A stretch of DNA of 64,000 nt from a virus, in IMG/VR virus record IMGVR_UViG_3300049215_000496, positions 25,082 to 89,081 of that record. One strand, written 5' to 3'. Position numbers and translations under genes: made by a program. Positions 59,062 through 64,000 of this stretch are shown piece by piece. Each line of letters opens with the position of its first letter. Positions within the stretch are counted from its first letter, which is position 1. The notes under the pieces are model-generated. The model was not told the DNA's origin and searched no databases. It worked only from the letters and a program-made list of their open reading frames with translations.

Positions 59062-59122
59062 TGGCACGCCGAATGCTGTATAACCAGCATGTAACGCCAA
59101 CCTCAAAAAAGGAAAACGCCAA
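59062..59122 (+). promoter_or_regulatory. sigma54-type promoter + palindrome + leader (copy 3, divergent from copy 2)
   Basis: TGGCACGCCGAATGCT; ATGCTG-TATAAC-CAGCAT; AAAGGAAAACGCCAA at 59108-59122. Confidence 0.75.
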
Positions 59123-59123
59123 A

Positions 59124-60269
59124 ATGAACACTGCAATTCTGAAAGCCTTGATGTTCTGTCCATCCCCCGAAGGCGCTTGGGGGCTGCCCGTGCTGTTGTG
59201 GGGTGAGCCTGGTACGGGCAAGACCGCCATGCTGCGCGCCGTCGCAAAAGCGCTGGGGCTGTACTGCTACCGCGTCAGCCCCGCGGAAAAGGGCGAAGGC
59301 TTTTTCGGTGTGGTGCCCGTGCCGGGCGCTGACGGGTGCTTGCACTATCCTCCGCCGATCTGGACACAGCAGATCGCCAATGGCGGGGTGCTGTTCGTTG
59401 ACGAAATTTCGACGGCCGCGCCAGCGCTGCAGGCCCCCCTCCTCGGCCTGGTGCAGCTCCGCACGATCGGTGATCACCAGCTCGGTAATCGCGTGCGCGT
59501 GATCGGTGCTGCCAACGAGACGGCCGATGCCGCGGGCGGGTGGGATCTCGCGCCCGCGCTGTGCAACCGGTTCGGGCACTTCGACTTCGACGGTCTGGAC
59601 GTGAACGATTGGACGGTCGGGTTGCTCGGGGGTTTCTCGACACCGGAATCGCAAGCGCCGGTTGACGCTGTGGCGCTGGAGCAACACGTGATGGCCGCAT
59701 GGCCTGCGGCCGACGCCTACGCTCGCGGGATGGTTGCCGGGTTCATCACGCGCCGTCCGGAGCTGCTCCACAAGCGGCCCGCACGGGGCGGGGATCGTGC
59801 CTGGCCTTCACGTAGAAGCGTCGAATACGCCACAGTCGCGCTCGCGTCGGCCCGCGTGCACGGATTGTCCGAGATGGACACGGACGCGCTGATGTCCGCG
59901 TTCGTGGGCGTGTCGTGGGTGAGCGAGTTCCGTGCTTGGACAGCGTTGCAGGATTTGCCCGATCCTGTTGCGGTGCTGGATGGCACGGTGAAGTTCGCGC
60001 ATGACGAGCGCCGGCTGGACCGCACGATGGCCTTGCTCGGCGCGTGTGCAGCGCTGGTCATTCCGGACAAAGCTGAAAAGCGGCTGGAGCGCGGCGCGGC
60101 GCTGTGGGCGCTGATCGGCACGGTGATTCAGGACGCGGCCGACATCGCGATTCCGCCAGCGCGTGCTCTGTTGTTGTCCGGGCTGGTCGTGCCGAAGGCA
60201 TCGGGGCCGACGTTGGTGAAACTCCTTCCGATTTTGACTGCCGCGGGCATACAAGCAAAGGCCGCGTGA
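59124..60269 (+). CDS. MoxR/dynein-like AAA+ ATPase
   Basis: GEPGTGKT, LFVDEI, AAN, LCNRF, WPSRRS. Confidence 0.88.
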   Translation: MNTAILKALMFCPSPEGAWGLPVLLWGEPGTGKTAMLRAVAKALGLYCYRVSPAEKGEGFFGVVPVPGADGCLHYPPPIWTQQIANGGVLFVDEISTAAPALQAPLLGLVQLRTIGDHQLGNRVRVIGAANETADAAGGWDLAPALCNRFGHFDFDGLDVNDWTVGLLGGFSTPESQAPVDAVALEQHVMAAWPAADAYARGMVAGFITRRPELLHKRPARGGDRAWPSRRSVEYATVALASARVHGLSEMDTDALMSAFVGVSWVSEFRAWTALQDLPDPVAVLDGTVKFAHDERRLDRTMALLGACAALVIPDKAEKRLERGAALWALIGTVIQDAADIAIPPARALLLSGLVVPKASGPTLVKLLPILTAAGIQAKAA

Positions 60270-61654
60270 TGCTATCCCACAAGCAAAAACTGGCTGCTGC
60301 CGTTGCCCGCGTCTCCGATGTCGACGGGTACGCTCCGTACTTCGGCGCGATCCTGCGCGGGTTGATCCGTCGCGAGATGCCCCTCGAAATGCAAGCGGCG
60401 ATGCGCGCCGTGGGTGGTGCTCCTACGATGGCGGTCACGAAGGACGGGATCTTGTTCTGGGCGCCCGAGTTCGTGGAAGAGTCCACCAACGAGGATCTGG
60501 CGATGGCGCTCATGCACCAGACGATGCACGTGATGTTGAAGCTGCGGGATCGCATGACAGCGCTCGGGATCGTGCTGGAGGCTTCGGCAGACGCGCGCTC
60601 GAAAGCGTTCCTCGCAAACATCGCACACGACGCATGCATCAACGAATCGCTTCGTAAGATCCACGCGTGCCCTGTAGAGTGGGTGTATCCCGAGACTTTG
60701 AAGCAGGCGGAGAATCTGATCTTCGAGGAGCGTTACCGCCTCCTATTGCAGCAGCAGCAGCAACAACAACAACAACAACAACAACAGCAGCAGCAGCAAG
60801 CGGGGGGCTCGAAGGGATCCGCCGATGCGGGTGCTTCTAAGGTGGAGGAGGGTTCCAAGCCGGGTGTGGGCAACGGTTGGTGTGGAGGTTGCGCGGAACA
60901 TCCGCTGCCGGGCGAGCCGACGACGGGGGATCAATCACAAGCAGGACGTTCGGACGCCGAGCTGGAACGGTTTCGGCGTGAGACCGCAGGCAGTATCAAA
61001 GAGTACGTGGCAAAGAAGCGTGGCACCGTTCCGGACAGTTTGGTGCGGTGGGCTGACGATCAACTCGCGCCGCCGAAGATCGACTGGCGCCGCAAGCTCG
61101 CGCAGAGTGTACGCGCGGCCGTTGCGTATCGAGCCGGCGCGGTGGATCTGACCTACCGCAAGATCAGCCGACGGCAGGCGGGTGTGGGGTTTGGCTTCGG
61201 GCGCCCGGTGCTGTCGGCCATGCACGCGCCAGTGCCTAACGTGTCCGTGCTTTTGGACTCTTCAGGGTCGATGGGCACGGATGATCTGACCGGGGCATTG
61301 TCAGAGGTGCAGGGCGTTTTGAATGCGGTGGGGGCCTCCGTGACGTTCGTGGTGTGCGACGCGCAGGTGCACGGTGTGGCAGAGGTTGCTACAGCGAAAG
61401 CAGCAGCGGCGATGCTAAAGGGTGGCGGGGGGACAGACATGCGACCCGGTTTCTCGGCGTTGGCCGGACGTAGAACGCGCCCCGATGTGCTTGTGGTGCT
61501 GACTGATGGGCACATCGGCAACGGGTACCCCGCAATCGAGCCCCCGTGGCGCACGGTGTGGGTGGTGCTGGGAGCGCACGGCAACTCAAAACCGTGCCCG
61601 TGGGGTGAAGTTGTGGTTGTGGACGGAGCTACCGCGCCTGTGAAAGGAGCGTAA
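60269..61654 (+). CDS. DUF2201-type metallopeptidase-like + VWA protein with poly-Gln tract
   Basis: HQTMH (degenerate HExxH), DACIN, DSSGSM MIDAS, GGGGTD, LTDG; 17 Gln codons at 60749-60799. Confidence 0.85.
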   Translation: MLSHKQKLAAAVARVSDVDGYAPYFGAILRGLIRREMPLEMQAAMRAVGGAPTMAVTKDGILFWAPEFVEESTNEDLAMALMHQTMHVMLKLRDRMTALGIVLEASADARSKAFLANIAHDACINESLRKIHACPVEWVYPETLKQAENLIFEERYRLLLQQQQQQQQQQQQQQQQQAGGSKGSADAGASKVEEGSKPGVGNGWCGGCAEHPLPGEPTTGDQSQAGRSDAELERFRRETAGSIKEYVAKKRGTVPDSLVRWADDQLAPPKIDWRRKLAQSVRAAVAYRAGAVDLTYRKISRRQAGVGFGFGRPVLSAMHAPVPNVSVLLDSSGSMGTDDLTGALSEVQGVLNAVGASVTFVVCDAQVHGVAEVATAKAAAAMLKGGGGTDMRPGFSALAGRRTRPDVLVVLTDGHIGNGYPAIEPPWRTVWVVLGAHGNSKPCPWGEVVVVDGATAPVKGA

Positions 61655-61657
61655 AAA

Positions 61658-62002
61658 ATGCTTGTCGTGCTTGCCTGGCAGCTGTGGACGGCGTCCGCTG
61701 CAATCAACTTCAACCCGTTTGTCAATTTTCACAAGGAGATACCTTGTCCGCCGCAGCAGGCACATTGGAAAGCGACTGAGTGTGCCGTATCGGATCAGAT
61801 GTGCCTCAATGAGCATGATATGCGTGTGACAGCGCTTGGAATCCTCCTGGGGGACGTCACGCAGTGCTGGAAAGCTGTCACGCCAGCACGGTGTGCCGAT
61901 GAGGTACGATTGATTTCAACTATGCCACCATCGGCACGTACTTTGCTGCTAGACTCTTGGGTGAACGGATACAACAAACCAACAAAGGAAAACGCCAAAT
62001 GA
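61658..62002 (+). CDS. hypothetical, possibly secreted protein
   Basis: SD AAGGAG; hydrophobic N-terminus. Confidence 0.5.
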   Translation: MLVVLAWQLWTASAAINFNPFVNFHKEIPCPPQQAHWKATECAVSDQMCLNEHDMRVTALGILLGDVTQCWKAVTPARCADEVRLISTMPPSARTLLLDSWVNGYNKPTKENAK

Positions 62003-62883
62003 ACACGAACAACGAATTGACCGTAACGCCAGAGTCTGTTGCTACTGCCGGAGCGATCAGCTACTGGAGACTGTCCGGACCTGTGTCGCTGGAGCAGCTG
62101 GCAGCAGCATGGGGGCGTATGAATCTCGACGGTACGTTACTGCCCAAGCCCCCCGCTGACGAAGTGGCATTGGGGCGTGCGGTGCGCGAGCAAGCGTGCA
62201 AACGTCGCCTGGTCCGTCCACTGGCCCGCCGGGGCGCGTGGGCGATCGTGGACGAGACTGTGTCGCAAGACGGTACACTGGACTACGCGGTGATGCTCTC
62301 CGTAACATGGCACCAACACATGGTGCAGTTCGGACGTCCAGCTGTATACACACGGCAAGCGGATGACATCGAAACCGCCATTCGCACCGATTTCGAGCGC
62401 CATCGTGGCGAGTTGGCTCCGGAAGACATCTCAGCTTGGCTGATCAAGCTCGCGGACTCGAACAACGCTGTCACGCTCCGGGACACCGGTGGGATCTACT
62501 TCGTGCCGCGGACGAGCATGCCGTTCTGGCGTTCGGTGGTCGATGCGCTCGAATCCGTGTCGGCGCATCGCGTGTTCAAGATCCCCGCCATGAAGAACTC
62601 CGAGGCGATCGACGCGATCACCGAGGCGGTCACGGCCGAGGCGACGCGCCTGTACGATACGATGATGGCCGAGTTGGAGCGTACGGGTGACGAGCGCTTG
62701 GGAACGCGGGCTCTTGCAACGCGGGCATCCGAGTGCCAGGCGATGCTCGGCAAGGTCCAGTCATATGAGCAGCTCTTGGGTGTACTGATGCCACGTATTG
62801 TCGGGCACATCGAGGAGCTGTCAGCGAGCGTCGCGGCGGCGGCACTGCTGGCGAGCGCAGACGCCACTGAGCGCGCGGCGTAG
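61999..62883 (+). CDS. DUF3150-like helical protein with shared leader
   Basis: AAAGGAAAACGCCAAATG; TLRDTGGIYFVP motif. Confidence 0.7.
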   Translation: MNTNNELTVTPESVATAGAISYWRLSGPVSLEQLAAAWGRMNLDGTLLPKPPADEVALGRAVREQACKRRLVRPLARRGAWAIVDETVSQDGTLDYAVMLSVTWHQHMVQFGRPAVYTRQADDIETAIRTDFERHRGELAPEDISAWLIKLADSNNAVTLRDTGGIYFVPRTSMPFWRSVVDALESVSAHRVFKIPAMKNSEAIDAITEAVTAEATRLYDTMMAELERTGDERLGTRALATRASECQAMLGKVQSYEQLLGVLMPRIVGHIEELSASVAAAALLASADATERAA

Positions 62884-62894
62884 AATCCTTTGGG

Positions 62895-62955
62895 GGCTCC
62901 CGGATCGAGTTTTGGGGGATTGGCGTTTTCCTTTCTCGGTCCGGGAGCCTTTTTT
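62895..62955 (+). terminator. intrinsic terminator hairpin carrying the antisense of the shared leader (candidate sRNA)
   Basis: 15-bp stem 62895-62909/62935-62949 (one G-U), 25-nt loop, T6 tract; TTGGCGTTTTCCTTTCT at 62920-62936. Confidence 0.8.
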
Positions 62956-62975
62956 GTTGAAGGGGAGGCTTGGTT

Positions 62976-63680
62976 ATGAAGTACATGCTGCTGGTACTAC
63001 TGCTGGGATGCGGGGAGGATGTTGTGCATCCGTTCGGGTCGCGCGTGGATCTGCCGATTGCCACGGGTGGGCGGAGCGTGGGGGCGAGCACTGGCGGGTC
63101 GGGTACCGGCGGGGCGAGCACTGGCGGGGCGAGCACCGGCGGGGCGAGCACCGGCGGGGCGAGCACTGGCGGGGCGAGCACCGGCGGGGCGAGCACTGGC
63201 GGGGCGAGCGCGGAAAATTTCGTGACAAACGGCACTTGGACCGGGAGCATGTACGTGCAGCCAATTGGCAATCCGAAGGTGTCTGTGGTGCCCGCAACAA
63301 TTGTCGCTACGAACGCACCCGGTGCGATCCAGTGCGTTCAAGGCACTGTCGTGTGGTATTCGGTGGCACTCTGGGGGTGGACCATCGGTCCTGTGGCAAC
63401 GTCCGGAACAGGACTCGCGATTACTATGTCAGCCGCTGTGCCTGCAGCGGACGTACGCGTGCACATCCAGGACGCTGCGATGAACACGTGGTGCGCGATC
63501 CTGCCCGGAGCCGCAGCTATGATCCCGTGGAGCGCGTTCACCACAACGTGCGGATCGCCCGATCAGGGGGTGCCGTACACTGTCGGAGTGCTGATAACTG
63601 ACGTGCAGATAACGATACGTCCGACATATCGACAGCCGATCCATTTCGATTTCTGCATACAGGACCTTCAGCAGTATTAG
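62976..63680 (+). CDS. myxobacterial-type lipoprotein with GGAST linker repeats and putative carbohydrate-binding domain
   Basis: LLLGC lipobox; 15-bp repeats ggcggggcgagcac(t/c); WCA…IPWSAFTTTC…FDFCI. Confidence 0.75.
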   Translation: MKYMLLVLLLGCGEDVVHPFGSRVDLPIATGGRSVGASTGGSGTGGASTGGASTGGASTGGASTGGASTGGASTGGASAENFVTNGTWTGSMYVQPIGNPKVSVVPATIVATNAPGAIQCVQGTVVWYSVALWGWTIGPVATSGTGLAITMSAAVPAADVRVHIQDAAMNTWCAILPGAAAMIPWSAFTTTCGSPDQGVPYTVGVLITDVQITIRPTYRQPIHFDFCIQDLQQY

Positions 63681-64000
63681 AATGGATTCTCGGCAACGCG
63701 CAGCTTGATGCTTACATCTGAATCAGTGGACAACGTCACGAGTACGGATGCCGGCGTGGTCTGATTCGAGGCTACCTGTCGTCGGACTTCGACATCAGCG
63801 TCTCCCGCAAGCGCCGTGAGAACTGCGTTTGTGGCTGCAGGGTTGGTCCGCTACGTTGCGCCTGACCTGCAAACACGGTTGATCTCGTCGACGGGTTCGA
63901 GGCAGCGGCGCGACGCACCTCGACGCGCGAATCCGCGGCCAACGTTGTGATCGTAGCTGGTGGTGTTGATGGGTTCTCGGCAACGCCTGCACGCACTGTG
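63677..64000 (-). pseudogene. LRV/HEAT-like repeat gene (partial), frameshifted
   Basis: Repeats VRxxVAxNPxTP continue over three frames and end …LRVAENPF* with TAA overlapping the lipoprotein stop. Confidence 0.65.

Noticed and set aside
59124-60269. AAA+ protein as the sigma54 activator
   Set aside because: No GAFTGA loop or HTH; it pairs with a VWA gene as MoxR-type ATPases do.

Overview
This 64-kb window looks like part of a large dsDNA bacterial virus or provirus. The host is most plausibly Myxococcota, judging from Polyangiaceae-style lipoproteins, a FliA/WhiG sigma factor and sigma54-type promoters. No terminase, portal, HK97 capsid or tape-measure gene is recognisable. Layout: 0-15.5 kb is a virion/surface module (membrane-anchored lytic transglycosylase, small TM proteins, two collagen-like G-A-T fibres interleaved with two GT4 glycosyltransferases, GH25 lysin, nucleotide-sugar dehydrogenase). 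15.5-31 kb holds a Zn-finger tyrosine recombinase, a Dam-like MTase, a papain-like protease, sigma28 and many small basic or TM proteins. 31-47.5 kb covers nucleotide metabolism and replication (ThyX, Tmk, RepB-like primase, RecD/Dda-like helicase, UDG-PolA fusion, exonucleases, SSB-like, Sak4-like, Cas4-like, Orn, SNF2, DUF3987 helicase). A 94-bp near-perfect palindrome lies at about 49.6 kb, and 50-64 kb is an accessory/early region. Main candidates for new biology: (i) five genes share the SD-containing leader AAAGGAAAACGCC, and a sixth, antisense copy with no start codon sits in the terminator hairpin of the same operon, suggesting a 3'-UTR sRNA that silences the regulon; (ii) three of those leaders follow sigma54-type -24/-12 boxes overlapped by a palindrome, whereas many other genes appear leaderless; (iii) many putative virion proteins carry an adenovirus-protease-like hydrophobic-x-G-x-G motif at domain/anchor junctions; (iv) the 94-bp palindrome. 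All family calls come from motif recognition by eye; no database searches were run.
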